Shown: positions 1-15,961 of the stretch, one piece after another | Position numbering within the stretch: the first letter of the stretch is position 1 | Layout of the letters: the number at the start of each line of letters is the position of its first letter | Assembly: GCA_964016885.1 (NCBI GenBank) | Contig: OZ024740.1 | Coordinates: 191,952,001 to 192,016,000 of the forward strand | Origin: Eledone cirrhosa | Taxonomy: Eukaryota | Direction of reading: 5' to 3' | Length of the DNA: 64,000 nt | Program-made: the position numbers and the translations under genes | Notes under the pieces: model-generated | What the model was told of the DNA's origin: nothing | Database searches by the model: none | What the model saw: the letters and a program-made list of their open reading frames with translations, nothing else

Positions 1-560
1 TAGATGTAGACCAGTTAGGCTACTCCGAGTAGTGGATAGTATTAACGCTTTGGTGTAAGATGATGTCACCAATGTGGTAGAGAATAGTATATTTAGAGAG
101 TTGTAATGTCGCCACGAGGAACCAGTGGTGTTTACCTTAGCACGGTCTAGCTGGAATTGATAGCGTCCTCAAATCTTTGAGGGCTATTTCTCCCTCAGAA
201 CGCGTAGGGATACATCCTCTTCTACTGGCGCTGATTGGCTGAGCTGAGCCAAATCACGCACAGAGAACGTATGTGAGCCCGCGGAATGTAGGTCACTACA
301 ACGCCTTCTATGTTTGACTCAACAAGACGTTTCCATAGTGATGCTGCGAGTACGCGGTGATTTCTATGTAGTTTACACTTGGAGTAATAATAAATCAAGA
401 AAGAAGAGTGACATGGTTTACTATACAATAAGGGATTTATTCACATTACTGACAATTGTTTCTCTGAACTGGTAGGTCTAGAGATCGCTACCCGCCTGTT
501 TTTGCGTCAATCGATCACCAGTCTATTCATTAGAGCATGCGAGAATGAAGGAAATACACA
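1..560 (-). mobile_element. PLE pseudo-LTR/tail with a degenerate hammerhead (444-539); same family as 29210-29915
   Basis: Reverse complement of 1-60 and 310-520 aligns by eye to 29600-29880. Minus strand reads CATGCT-CTAATGA-..ACTGGT..ACCAGT..-GAAAC-AATT-GTC-AGTAATG, then AATAAA. Confidence 0.65.
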
Positions 561-837
561 GGCATGGCTTCTATATATAGTAGTGGCATTAAATTAGAAC
601 AATAATAACAATACTCAAATAAATTAGCTTGATAGTAAATAGTTAAAATAATCATATCATTCTAAGTAAGAAATAGAGTATACTGATCACTTTACCATGT
701 AAAACGAGCTGATACGAAACAGATGTATGAAATGGACATGTAAAAGCTTTCATGGGGTATATTATATATAGCGTAGAGATAACCTGGGTCTTGAACATTT
801 ACTTTACTGTAGGTTTGCTGACCATAAGATTTATTTA

Positions 838-1761
838 TTACCATTCCTAGATATAATTATAATTAAAAACTACACCTCCATTACCACGGTAATATATTAT
901 AAACACAGAGACACCCATCAATATCTGAATTTTAAGTCGTGCCATTCTCCTCATACAAAACGCAACATCCCATACTGCCTAGCCAGAAGAATTTGTACCA
1001 TTGTAGAAGATACGAATACCAGGTACAAACGCCTAACAGAACTAAGAGAATTGTTGCTCAAACAAAAATACCCATCTATACTTATAGAAAATGGCATACA
1101 GCGGGCTATAAAAATACCTATACAACTTAGGACAACCCAAGGAAGAAGAAACCAAGAACTGGTCATACTATTTATAATGACACACAACCCATGTCACCAG
1201 AATATCTTCAACACTGACAAATCAAACCTACCGATCATTGCTCAAAGTAATGAATTAAAAGGCTTAATCACAGATCGATCTTTGACTCTTAGTAAAAGAT
1301 AGCCGAACAATTTGAAGCAATTACTAACAAAAGCAAAGTTTGACCTTAACAACAAAGACCAAGCATTCACTGTATCTAAATGCAATGATAGTCGATGCGG
1401 CACATGTCAATCCATACACGCCGGTCAATATATGAAAACAAAAACTGGAAAAATATTCCCAAATGCAAATATGAACTGCAAAAGCAGAAATCTAATTTAC
1501 TGCATTAAATGCCCGAATTGTGAAGAACTATATGTCGGTCAAACTGGAAATGAATTATCGCAACGTGCACGGGTACACCGACAGCAAATCAGAGACCCAA
1601 ATGTCCGTCAGATACCCCTGAATAACCCTCTAGCAACATGTGGTCAGGGAATATTTATAATATTCCCATTCTGCAAATTACACAGCCCAAGTGAAATCAA
1701 GAGAAAAATCAAAGAAAATAATTTTATTGATAAATTCAAACCCAAGCTAAATGAACAATAA
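838..1761 (+). pseudogene. Penelope-like element (Neptune-type): RT thumb, Zn-linker and GIY-YIG endonuclease; 5'-truncated and frameshifted
   Basis: PFLDI..YYKHTETPINI..F.SC thumb region at about 840-950. ORF 1312-1761 has CNDSRCGTC..CKSRNLIYCIKCPNCEELYVGQTG..R..H..E..FIDKFKPKLN. A stop at 1300 and frameshifts upstream. Confidence 0.88.
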
Positions 1762-2289
1762 TAATGGAGGATTACTCCTACTATGACTATGACTACGACC
1801 ACTAACAACAACAACAACAATAATAATATTTAAAAAAGTGATGTTGATAGTGATGATTACTAGAAAATGCTATTTTCATCATTTCTAAAAATAGCAAAAC
1901 AATTGATGCTTTGGATAGGATCAATTAGTGGTCGTTAGATATGCTCAACCAACCGTCACTTTCAGCTTATATCTGGAGTCTAAAAGACAACCACACCTAA
2001 TATAAGTTACACTGGGAGATCCTAGCTAGGGCTAGATCGTATCACGGAAATAAAAGACCATGTGACATCTGCGCCGCTGTGCCCCTGGAAATACTCTACG
2101 CCTCACACCACATCTTCAACAAAAAATCTGAGGTATTTTCGGCTTGTAAACATAAATTGCACAACACTTTCCTGTATTACAGCCCCACATTATACCCTAA
2201 CGGATAGTACGATCTATACGTGGATATTTTACGTCTTGATGTGGTAGCTAAGTATATGTTATGTTTATACCATTACTTATTTGCATAGG

Positions 2290-2543
2290 GAACGTTTCCA
2301 CGAACCAAAGTATCGTCCTCCTGTCTTCCTCCGGTTGCAACGTTTTTTGAAATATCCACTTCTGCGTTTACAGATTGACTTTGTTTGTTTCAGAAAATCC
2401 CGTTAAGGGTGAAAGCATCGATTCTTTGCTGAAACTTTAATATGTTATTTTAATAAATATTTGCTCTACGGTTCTTATATATTTGATATATATTTATCCT
2501 CATCGAGCTCTCTTTGGATTTTAGTCTCCAAATTTATTATTAT

Positions 2544-2548
<5 letters not shown>
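2290..2548 (+). mobile_element. PLE 3' pLTR/tail with a variant hammerhead-like motif; copies at 12775-13040(-), 13848-13955(+), 43365-43455(-)
   Basis: Shared block cagattgactttgtt..gtttcagaa(g/a)atcccgttaagggtgaaagca.cgatt.tttgct.aaactttaat..ttttaataaatat, ending at (TA)n. Lies downstream of the GIY-YIG ORF. Confidence 0.65.
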
Positions 2549-2595
<47 letters not shown>

Positions 2596-2944
2596 AGTAA
2601 GTTCGTTCGGATGCGTCCATAGGTGGTATGCCTCTTAAGCACTCTATGCCTCTTCAGAGCAGACTATGCTATTATGGAAAACTAAGAATCATCAATGCAA
2701 CGAAACGCAATTTCTTAACCAATACAATGGTATTACGTTAAGAATGATGGCAGATTAAAAAAATGCAAAGGGACGGAATGTAACAGAGAGAGGATTTGCT
2801 TCGAAGTCGCTAGACGTATCTCAGGAACTTGCAAATGCAGAGTCTGGTTCGATTCACAATTAGATCGTAGCTGGAGCTGTTCGCCGGAGAAACAATAGTA
2901 TTACGTTAATAAATTGTTTCGTTGCATCAATGATCTTTCGTTTT

Positions 2945-3009
<65 letters not shown>

Positions 3010-3022
<13 letters not shown>

Positions 3023-3185
3023 CTGTGTGTGGGAATGAAGTATTTCTGTCAGAAAGGTACAGGAAAATAGAGTGCATTATGTACGATACAGAGCTTGTTA
3101 GTAATGTAATAAACAACATAAGATAATTATTTCATTTACCAGTGGTTTCTTGAAGACTGTCTTCAAGAAACCAGTGGTAAATGGT
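3010..3185 (-). mobile_element. 3' tail of the microsatellite-rich PLE pLTR family, ending in a short palindrome
   Basis: 3035-3155 matches the reverse complement of 18310-18425. 3133-3184 is an inverted repeat: catttacc.gtggtttcttgaagac-t-gtcttcaagaaacca.tggtaaatg. Confidence 0.6.
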
Positions 3186-3244
3186 ATAATTAACTTAACG
3201 ACCTACACTGCTTCGGGCTCACCACCACTGACATCCACCAACTC

Positions 3245-3668
3245 CTATCCATCGTCGTCGACAACACCTACTTCGAATTCCTTAACCAAATATACCAACA
3301 AACCTCGGGATTGCCCATGGGATCAAGTCTATCAGGTGTGCTAGCGATCTCCTACATGGACAACCTCGAACGCAAGGCACTCAACGCCTGCCACCCCAAC
3401 GCCGTAGCCTTTTTCTCAAGATACGTGGACGATATCCTCATCCTCACATCTTCCCAAGATACGGCGAACAGAATCTATGAGACGTTCAACAACACGGACG
3501 AGAACATTGACTTCAGTGTCGAACACCCCAACGAAGACGGGTCACTTGCCCTCCTCGACTTCCGAATCAACATCACGGAACAAGGAGGGATCTAATGCAA
3601 CTTCTACATAAAGGCAGCCTGCAGGGACCTATTCGTTCACTACAAGTCCGCCCTCCCTAACAGTGCCA
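3245..3668 (+). pseudogene. PLE reverse transcriptase core fragment (Penelope/Poseidon- or Nematis-like)
   Basis: GLPMGSSLSGVLAISYMDNLE..FFSRYVDDILIL..FSVEHPNEDGSLALLDFRI, then a stop and FYIKAACRDLFVHYKSALP. Confidence 0.85.
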
Positions 3669-4145
3669 ATATATATATATAAAGATGTATTCCTGTCTGT
3701 TTGTTTGTTTGTTTGTTCATGAACTACTCCAATGGTTTTGGAGATAAACCCCCCATAACCATATATATTCTGAAATTACAATGCTCAGTGTACTTGGATA
3801 AGTATATTTCATTTTAATCAAAGGGTACCCACTGAAAATCCCGGCTGAAAATATTTCCCCTTCGATTTATATGAAATTTAAACCATACGTAAATGACAGG
3901 ATATGATGCCTATTCGAAAAAGATGTCAGACAATTTCAATAATATTAAGACACCCAATGCAGATTCAACCCCTTTTGAAAATGTTTTCCGTTCGAGTTAT
4001 AAGAAATTTAAACCATAGGTAAATGACAAGATATGATGCCTTTTCACAAAAGTTTTGAATTGATATTTTGAAAAAATGATTTACAAGAAACCAAATAATA
4101 ATAAGATTTAATAATGTTATTTTGATTTGGTATGTTACAAAAAAA
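3669..4145 (+). mobile_element. Non-autonomous Helitron-like element (5' part), same family as 10374-10711
   Basis: About 180 bp nearly identical to 10380-10558 (tatataaagatgtattcctgtctgtttgtttg..). Internal repeat of about 60 bp at 3861-3922 and 3990-4052. The 3' end is interrupted by the RTE tail. Confidence 0.65.
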
Positions 4146-4168
4146 AGAAATGTATATATATATATATA

Positions 4169-5612
4169 TCATCATCATCATCATCATCATCGTTTAACGT
4201 CCGTGTTCTATGCTTGCATGGGTTTGGACGGGAGTTTTCCCACTTGAGGCAAGAGTGGTTGTCTTGCTCGCATAGGACTGTCTGGCGGGTTTTCTACAGT
4301 TGGATGCCCTTCCTAACACCAACCTAATTTACAGTGTGGGGTTGGGAGGTTTTTACCGTGTTGCCTACACGGCCACATTACAGCGTGGACTGTCTGGCAG
4401 GTTTTCTACAGCTGGATGCCCTTCCTAACACCAACCACATTTACAGTGTGGGGCTGGGACGTTTTTACCGTGTTGCCTACACGGTCACATTACAGCGTGG
4501 ACTGTGTGTTTTTTTTTTCGTGACACCTACACGATCTCATTTGTTTCGGCCTGGATGTTGTGGCACCAACATAACTTTACATTGAAAGGGGCGGTGTGGA
4601 TGGGGTGGGGGTGGTGGGATGGGGGTGTATTTTGTTAGAGATGCCTACTGCCGTAGTAGGTTTTACCTTGTATTTAGGTAACGCGGGTCTTCTCTGTTAC
4701 TGAGTACCGCCAAAGGTCTCGGTCCAGTGACATTGTCTTGGAGAGGTGTAAGTGTGTGAGGTCGGAATTTATCAGCTCGTCCCAGGTTTTTCTGGGTCTG
4801 CCTACTCCGTGGCTACCATCTATCTTTATTGCCCTGCACTTTGTTATACAGCTGTCGTCTTTCATGCGCATCACGTGACCATACCAACGTAGCCGTTCGC
4901 GTATATTACTATTACACATCCAGCGGAGCATGCAAGCTTCGTTCCTCTCTAGTCTGCGTATATCCTCTGCACACAATGCCCAGGTCTCACTGCCATGCAA
5001 CATTGCTGTTCGTATGCATGCATCATACAACCTGCCTTTCACTTTTAGGGAGAACCCTTTAGCGGCTAATAGTGGTATAAGCTCTCTGAACTTTTTCCAT
5101 CCAGTTCTGACTCTAGCTACTGTACTTTCGGAGCACCCTCCCCCACTGCTGATTTTGTCACCCAGGTAACGGAAGCTGTCCACTATTTCTATAGAACCCT
5201 CTGCGCAGTTGAAAGAGCTAGTATTTGTGTGGGCACTTGCTGCTACTTATTGCACCAGAGCACCGGCCACATGTAAAATCTGTGTTCTTAGTTAGCTTAC
5301 CTGTAATCCCACTACATCTTTTATGCACCCATACTTTGCATTTGGGACATAAAATGGAGTTTCTACCTACGCCTTTCCTACACACTGAGCATGGCCATTT
5401 CCCGGAAGGGACCGGCGCCTTATTTTCTTTCCTACAAACTAGAACTTTAGTCTTAGCCATGTTAATTGTAAGGCCTTTTGATTCTAGGCCGTGCTTCCAT
5501 GTTTGGAATTTCTTCTCTAGCTCGGCCATTGATTCAGCTATGAGCGTTAGGTCATCTGCGTATAGGAGTTCCCATGGGCAGCCGGACTTGAACTCCTCTG
5601 TTATAGCCTGAA
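4169..5612 (-). mobile_element. 5'-truncated RTE-clade LINE: RT C-terminus with PHD-like finger, 3' UTR and (TGA)n tail
   Basis: GCPWELLYADDL near 5550-5580. WPCSVCRKGVGRNSILCPKCKVWVHKRCSG..CGRC. DSFRYLG..RLRWYGHVMRM..GRPRKTW..DRDLWR. 3' end is (cat)n-cgtttaacgtccg. The UTR has a tandem duplication of about 116 bp at 4275-4503. Confidence 0.92.
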
Positions 5613-5666
5613 GAGCAATAATATATATATATATATATAGAGCAATATATATATATATATATATGT

Positions 5667-5732
<66 letters not shown>

Positions 5733-5734
<2 letters not shown>

Positions 5735-6096
5735 TAAAGAGTTAAACAAGATTCAATGAGTACATCAAAGAAAGAGTTTTACAGTAGATTGGAAGCACTC
5801 TACAGCGAAGATTTTCCTGAGTTATTAATATTAAAATACAAATATTAATAAAATATATGTTCTTTTGATAAATTAAATTGTATTATACATATTGCTGAGG
5901 TACAACAGTACGTCCTCATCAGACAAAATATAATGATACATTACAATGCCTGAGATGTTAAATCTTAACTATTTAACATCTCAGGGTATGTCATGTATCA
6001 TTATATGTTGTCTGATGAGGACGTACTGCTCTACCTCTGTAATATGTATAATAAAATTTAATTGATCAAAATAATATTTTATTAATATTTGTATTT

Positions 6097-6100
<4 letters not shown>
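5733..6100. mobile_element. Non-coding palindromic PLE-derived cassette with two diverging degenerate hammerheads (5877-5929 -, 6005-6057 +)
   Basis: 5830-6100 is an imperfect palindrome. Each arm has TTGT-CTGATGA-GGACGTAC..TACCTC-G(C/T)AA-TATGTA-TA-ATA. Paralog at 10720-11058. (TA)n on both sides. Confidence 0.75.
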
Positions 6101-6151
<51 letters not shown>

Positions 6152-6182
6152 TACTTATGTAATAAAAAACATAAGATAATTA

Positions 6183-6242
6183 TTTCATTTACCAGTCGTT
6201 TCTTGAAAGCAACCAAAATTGCTTTCATTCATCAGAATGAAA
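6183..6242 (-). ncRNA. Type I hammerhead ribozyme, canonical core
   Basis: TTTCATT-CTGATGA-a-TGAAAGCAA-ttttgg-TTGCTTTCA-a-GAAAC-gactg-GTA-AATGAAA: 7-bp stem I, 9-bp stem II, GUA cleavage triplet. Confidence 0.88.
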
Positions 6243-6493
6243 AAATCCTGGTGTCTTTATTGACACAGGATTTGAAAAACAAAAATATAACAGATATGAA
6301 AGTGAGGCTGGAGGAAAAAAAAGTGTGTTTGTGTGGGAGGGGGGTATAAGAAATAAGAGTATATAAAAACACACACGTATACATACACACACACACACTC
6401 AGATACACACACATATATACATATATATATATACACATAGACACATATACACACACATCCATATATATATATCCATACATTACACACCAGCAT

Positions 6494-6551
<58 letters not shown>

Positions 6552-6556
<5 letters not shown>

Positions 6557-7895
6557 AATAATGGAGCTGCGGCGTTGCAAATGGGATACATATGAAAAAG
6601 TGAGTCCTTCCTCAGTGACCCTCCAACCGTCCCAGGCATTTCATCGCTTTAAGGGCCATATACCTCAGGTTGGTGCGAACAACGGCTAAAAAAAAGTCGT
6701 TGCGACACGTAAATAAAGAGAACGTTAGGGTGAACAAACAAAATGGTTCAGGCAACAGAAGGTGAGAAGAAAGAGACAAGTCCCTGATTTCTATGAATAT
6801 AAACTCGATAAAACCGTGAACTAGAGAATAAAGACCATCAAACCTGGTTGAAATGTGAGCGAGGAAGGAATTTCGCACAGTTTTTCTCTCTCTCTCTCGT
6901 CTGCGTCTTCACAGAACTTATGTTTACCGAATTCGCAGACCAGACCCCTTCTTCTTCCCCCCTGTTAGACCTGTGCGAAATTCCTTCCTCGCTCACATTT
7001 CAACCAGGTTTGATGGTCTTTATTCTCTAGTTCACGGTTTTATCGAGTTTATATTCATAGAAATCTGGGACTTGTCTCTTTCTTCTCACTTTCTGTTGCC
7101 TAAACCATTTTGTTTGTTCACCCTAACGTTCTCTTTATTTACGTGTCCCAAAGACTTTTTTTAGCCGTTGTTCGCACCAACCTGAGCTATATGGCCCTTA
7201 AAGCGATGAAATGCCTGGGACGGTTGGAGGGTCACTGATGAAGGACTCACTTTTTCATATGTATCCCATTTGCAACGCCGCAGCTCCATTAGTATCATAT
7301 TTACACATATATTTTTTCCTCTGCTGCCACCCGTCTGTTTCGTTCTTTGTATCTTTAACCCTTTCTAGCAGTCTCTCTCTCTCTGTTAGCCTCTTCCTCA
7401 ACTTTCACTCACTCATACCCTGTCACTGCCTCTCCTCCTCTCCTCTTTCTTCCCGCTTGACCTGTCCGATTTCTTTTCTCGCGCACTCTTGGCCAAGCCG
7501 GTATGAAATTTTTTTTCTCTCTCTCTCTCGTCTGCGTCTTCACAGAACTTGTGTTTACCGAATTCGCAGACCAGACCCCTTCTTCTCCCCCCCCCCCCCC
7601 CGTTAGACCTGTGCGAAATTCCTTCCTCGCTCACATTTCAACCAGGTTTGATGGTCTTTATTCTCTAGTTCACGGTTTTATCGAGTTTATATTCATAGAA
7701 ATCTGGGACTTGTCTCTTTCTTCTCACTTTCTGTTGCCTAAACCATTTTGTTTGTTCACCCTAACGTTCTCTTTATTTACGTGTCCCAACGACTTTTTTT
7801 AGCCGTTGTTCGCACCAACCTGAGGTATATGGCCCTTAAAGCGATGAAATGCCTGGGACGGTTGGAGGGTCACTGATGAAGGACTCACTTTTTCA
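6552..7895. mobile_element. Young non-coding element: one inverted and two direct copies of a 330-420 bp unit (pLTR-like layout)
   Basis: 6552-6880 is the reverse complement of 6970-7298. 6881-7260 is repeated at 7512-7897 with few differences. Bounded by (TA)n. Confidence 0.8.
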
Positions 7896-8602
7896 TATAT
7901 ATATCTATATATATACATGCACACACATATATATATATATACATATACATATACATACACATACATACATACACACACACATACACACATATATACACAC
8001 ATGCATACGTTCTCACATATAAAAGGATACATATGCACACACACTAATAAGGATAAATAACCAGAGGATGCCGTCACATACACATAAGCAAATCAAAAAT
8101 AAGGATTAAGAAAATAAAAAAAAGATATTAAGTTGAAAGCGATACCAGACGGCAACATTTAAAATAAAAGTAAAAATAATAAAAATAGTAATAATAATAA
8201 TAATAAATGACCAAACGCACGTGGTAAGCAAATGCACAACAAAAAAAAATATATATATACACACACTTAGATATATATATGTATATATATATATATATGT
8301 GTGTGTGTGTACATACACACACATACATATATATACATATACACAGACACACATACACACACACACACATATGCATACATATAAATATACAAGCACACCC
8401 CATACATATAAACACAGCACAAGCATAAAAGAGTATATATACATACAAATAATATACACTCACACCTAAATGCATACACACATACACACATATAGTATAA
8501 ACATTCCTTAAAATAAAAACAACTTTAAAAATTATAAAGTTACATACACACATACGCTTAAGTACGTACACACGCACGCACACACACATGCACACACACA
8601 CA

Positions 8603-8644
<42 letters not shown>

Positions 8645-8814
8645 AATATATATATATATATATGTAAATACGTATACATATATATATATATGTATATACA
8701 CACACACATATACACACCTACACACATAGACACACCCATATATATATATAAATATATACACGCACACATATACGCATATATACATACACGCACATACATA
8801 CATACACACATATT

Positions 8815-8870
<56 letters not shown>

Positions 8871-8985
8871 CCTATACACATATATATACATACAGACATA
8901 CACACATTTTCAATATTATGCATATATATATATATATATTCATACATATATACACATACATACACATATATAAATATATTAAACA
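7895..8985 (-). repeat. Microsatellite-rich dispersed repeat (internal part of the PLE pLTR family)
   Basis: Same ordered unique islands (gccgtcacatac; gttgaaagcgatac.agacggcaa; gaccaaacgcacgtggtaagc; agtacgtacacacgc; ttttcaatattatgc) as 11160-12460 and, inverted, 17550-17900. Confidence 0.8.
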
Positions 8986-10124
8986 TATTATTTTAACTTG
9001 AAATATTCTATAATATTTTGAGATATTTTAGTATTTTGATGTTTGTAGAATTCCTTTGCCTTTTAAGTTATATTGATATAATTATATTTCCAAAATATAA
9101 TCCTTTTGTATTTTATATACTCAATTGTACTATGGTATATGTTGATGTATACTTATGTCTATATACGGCTTATGTATCTATATGTGTGTGTTGACATACA
9201 TATACATGTGTTATAGTTTTTTTTGTGATTATATGTCTATGTGTATATATGCATGAGTGACGCGTGTATACCAATTGAAGATGCACACACATATCTATTC
9301 ATGTATAGCTAAGAATTATGGGTGTGAATGTACAGGCTTACACATGCAGCTTTTTATTGCAGATATGCATAATTTAACAGCCATAAATGCAGAAAAGTTA
9401 ATCCTATATATTCATATATATATACTTAAATTGTTTAATTAATAACACAAGGAGTGTATAGCAATAAATAAAAAATCACTTCTGCTTTGTATGTATACAT
9501 TATGTGCGGGAGTAGATATAATGTGTATTTTCTGAGTGAGTGAGTATATATATATATTTATGTACCTTTGCCTATGTATATGTGATATATGATAGATAAT
9601 CTCTCTAGCAATATATATATTTTATAATCTTTAAATTCCAATTTTTAATATATTGACCTCAACTTTTAAACTAAATATATAATCATAATTAAACAATGTG
9701 TAATTTCTCATATTATATATCTATATTCCATTCACGAATATTAATATTTCTAATTTTATTTATTAATTTCATCTCAATTGTTAACGCAACTTAATATAAC
9801 ATAACTTAAGGTTTTCGTTCTCTCCCCCCTCTCTCTATCTCTGCATATCTCTCTCTTGAGTTCTTTCTCTGTCTGATGTTTTGATATCTCCCCGTTATTT
9901 TTCCTCTGTTCTCTTTTCTTTTTGCTTTCTTCTTTCTCTTTATCTATCTTTCCCTTCCTTTTCTCCACGTGTCTCTCTCTCTCTCTCTCTCCATCTTTTT
10001 ACTTACTCTTAACACTATGACTTACTAAAGTAAACAAACCACTATCCGAATGGCCTCCCAAAACAACGGTCACTTTTTTTAAAGGGTACGTCAATATCTA
10101 TTTGTAAAACTGTTATATATTGTA

Positions 10125-10185
10125 TTTTGTCTGAAGAAGGCATACCATGATTTAACTTGGTATCCTTGAAATATATATAATGAAA
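10125..10185 (+). ncRNA. Type I minimal hammerhead ribozyme
   Basis: TTTTGT-CTGAAGA-AGGcATACCA-loop-TGGTATCCTT-GAAA-TATATA-TA-ATGAAA. Followed by AATAAA, GAGTGC (10251) and (TA)n at 10319. Relatives at 31263 and 31451. Confidence 0.8.
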
Positions 10186-10314
10186 TAAATATGGTTTTAT
10201 AAATATAGTTTCCATTTATTAATATTGTATATCTACTCTAAATATTTGTCGAGTGCTTTATATCAGTTATAATAATATTTGCTTGTTGTATCCCAACAAT
10301 TTAAATAGAACTTT

Positions 10315-10373
<59 letters not shown>

Positions 10374-10374
<1 letters not shown>

Positions 10375-10711
10375 TATATATGAAGATGTATTCCTGTCTG
10401 TTTGTTTGTTTGTTTGTTCATGAACTACTCCAATGGTTTTGTAGATAGACCCCCATAACCATATATATTCTGAAATTACAATGCTCAGTGTACTTGGAGA
10501 AGTATATATCATTTTAATCAAAGGGTTCCCACTGAAAATCCCGGCTGAAAATATTTCCAATTTTTCATGCATTACATTCTACATTGAGTAATATTGAAGT
10601 ACAGAATATTTCTCCATAAATTACTTCAGTGATTTAAAATCAATCTTCATTTTCTTACAAAAAAAAAAAAACAATGTTTGAAACGCAGCAGTGCGCGGGT
10701 AATTCGGCCAG
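10374..10711 (+). mobile_element. Non-autonomous Helitron
   Basis: tatata..aagatg 5' end with a (gttt)n tract. 3' hairpin cgcagcagtgcgcgggta..ggCCAG|t, a variant of the CTAG terminus. Second copy at 3669. Confidence 0.7.
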
Positions 10712-10719
10712 TATATATA

Positions 10720-12460
<1,741 letters not shown>

Positions 12461-12526
12461 ATATATTGTTATACTTTGGGAGGGTCATATTGCCAATAAG
12501 AAACACACGCACCAAATTCAGAAACG

Positions 12527-12567
<41 letters not shown>

Positions 12568-12710
12568 TATATGCTTATATATATACATACATACACATAA
12601 TAAAAATATTTTTTATTTGTCGTATGCCCTACTATTTGAATAACCCTTCCTTCTCTTTATTTTAATTTGGTGTATGTATGCATATATATACGTATATGTA
12701 TATGTATATG

Positions 12711-14056
<1,346 letters not shown>

Positions 14057-14224
14057 ATGTATGTGTATATATGTAAGTATATATATATATATAAATACAT
14101 ATACATATATATATATACACACATATACATACCTACACACATAGACACACCCATATTTATATATATAAATATATACATGCACACATATACACATACACAT
14201 ATATACATATTCGCACATACATAC

Positions 14225-14325
<101 letters not shown>

Positions 14326-14362
14326 CGCATATATATACATACGCACATTTTCAATATTATGC

Positions 14363-14394
<32 letters not shown>

Positions 14395-14395
<1 letters not shown>

Positions 14396-15203
14396 CAGTA
14401 TTTACGTATCGAGAGAGAGAAATAAAAAGGGGGAAGATAGTTGATACATATAGTTATTTGCCAAGTAGCGTATGCCAAAGGTGCTCGATACTAGTGCCGG
14501 CAGTATTAAATATTCGAAATGTTAATATTTAGTGGGCGAGAGGATTAGCAGAGCGTAAGCACGTGGGAATGTAAGAAATCAGAGAATAGACCGTTAAAAC
14601 ATGTTTATTTAAAACAGCACCTACGTACGTTTCGCCTAGTTGCGCTTCTCAAGGGCATAAGTAATCAAAAGTGTTCCTTACATTGTTCGGGAAGAGTTTT
14701 TGGGGTTAAATCCACGTCAAGGTTCATTGCTCGCAAAAATAGCTTGTTTTGATTTTGCAGCAAGTCAAGTGAGGTAATTCTGGCCGGTGGTAGGGCAGTC
14801 TTTCCCGGACAAATTTTTTTATCCGCTACGAGATGAGGTTACAACATTACCATTGTCGATACGCATGTAATCAACGCTTATTTTGAGAGTTTTTTTTATT
14901 TTTGCTGCATCTGTTTGTCTGAGTTGTTTGAGGCTGGGTCTGGTATGCAAGGATAGTTTCCTGGGTGTTCTTTTACAGCGCCTGCCCGCCGGGATGTTAA
15001 GACTTGTTGCAGGGAGATCCGGTGCACGGTTTCGCTCCTCATCCTTAACCCATCTGAAGAAGGATATTTTTAAGCGATGTGTACAACTTATCGCTGTTTC
15101 AGTTCTGCTGTTGATGATCCCGCGGGGTGCAGTTATGATGTGGTAGAGCTTCATGAGGCAAATATCGCATTTCCTCTTGAAGTTGTACGGTGAGCCCTGC
15201 CGA
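14395..15203 (-). mobile_element. 3' end of a YRDD-type PLE: endonuclease C-terminus, 3' pLTR and hammerhead
   Basis: [33 protein letters not shown] matches the C-terminus of the 33017 ORF (GIPFN..CDLCAEE..LNLRT..CCKHR). Confidence 0.75.
14617..14657 (-). ncRNA. Minimal hammerhead-like motif with CTTGAGAA core variant
   Basis: tGCC-CTTGAGAA-GCgcaactagGC-GAAAC-GTAC-GTA-GGtGC. Palindromic stem III (ACGTACGT), AATAAA about 8 nt downstream. Confidence 0.6.
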
Positions 15204-15238
15204 CAATACATACATGCATATATACACATGCATACACA

Positions 15239-15325
<87 letters not shown>

Positions 15326-15540
15326 TTATATATATACATACATACACAAAATAAAAATAAAGGGAAGTAAGGAGTACTCAAATAGTAGGGCATACGACAA
15401 ATATAAAATAATGGTATAAATGTTTATATTAATGGTATTAATGGTATAAATGTTTATATTAATGGTAAGAGCACTCAAAAGTTCCTGGAGCAAATAATAA
15501 ATAAAAGTAAGCATTAAAACACATACACACACACATATAA

Positions 15541-15573
<33 letters not shown>

Positions 15574-15622
15574 CATACATACACATACACATATATATAT
15601 AAAACATGTATACATACATATA

Positions 15623-15679
<57 letters not shown>

Positions 15680-15961
15680 ACATACACTTAATTACACAGA
15701 TACACGACAACATACATACACGTAAAATCAATATCTAAAAATCAAAAGGAGCGGATATGTAAAGGGTAAGTTGGAGAGTAGGTGGGAATAAGCAAAATAA
15801 ATAACATAAGGAAAAGTTAAAAAATAAAAGGAGATAAGAGAGAAAGAGAAAATAAGAGTACAGAAATTGAGTTCAGAGAGTAATATAAGTCGTAGTAAAT
15901 GTAAGGTGTAAAGAGCAAAGAAGAAGTTCAAGGTGGTTAATCATCGTAGCAATAAAGAAGT

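Noticed and set aside
2595-2662. Minus-strand CTGAAGA as a hammerhead
   Set aside because: No GAAA or stem I partner could be placed, and the region has a small internal duplication.
5218-5529. PHD-like finger as a host chromatin protein
   Set aside because: It is embedded between YADD and FRYLG of an RTE reverse transcriptase.
7225-7290. CTGATGA..GCAAC as a hammerhead
   Set aside because: GAAA is GCAA in both copies that cover the site, stems I and II pair poorly and there is no UH triplet.
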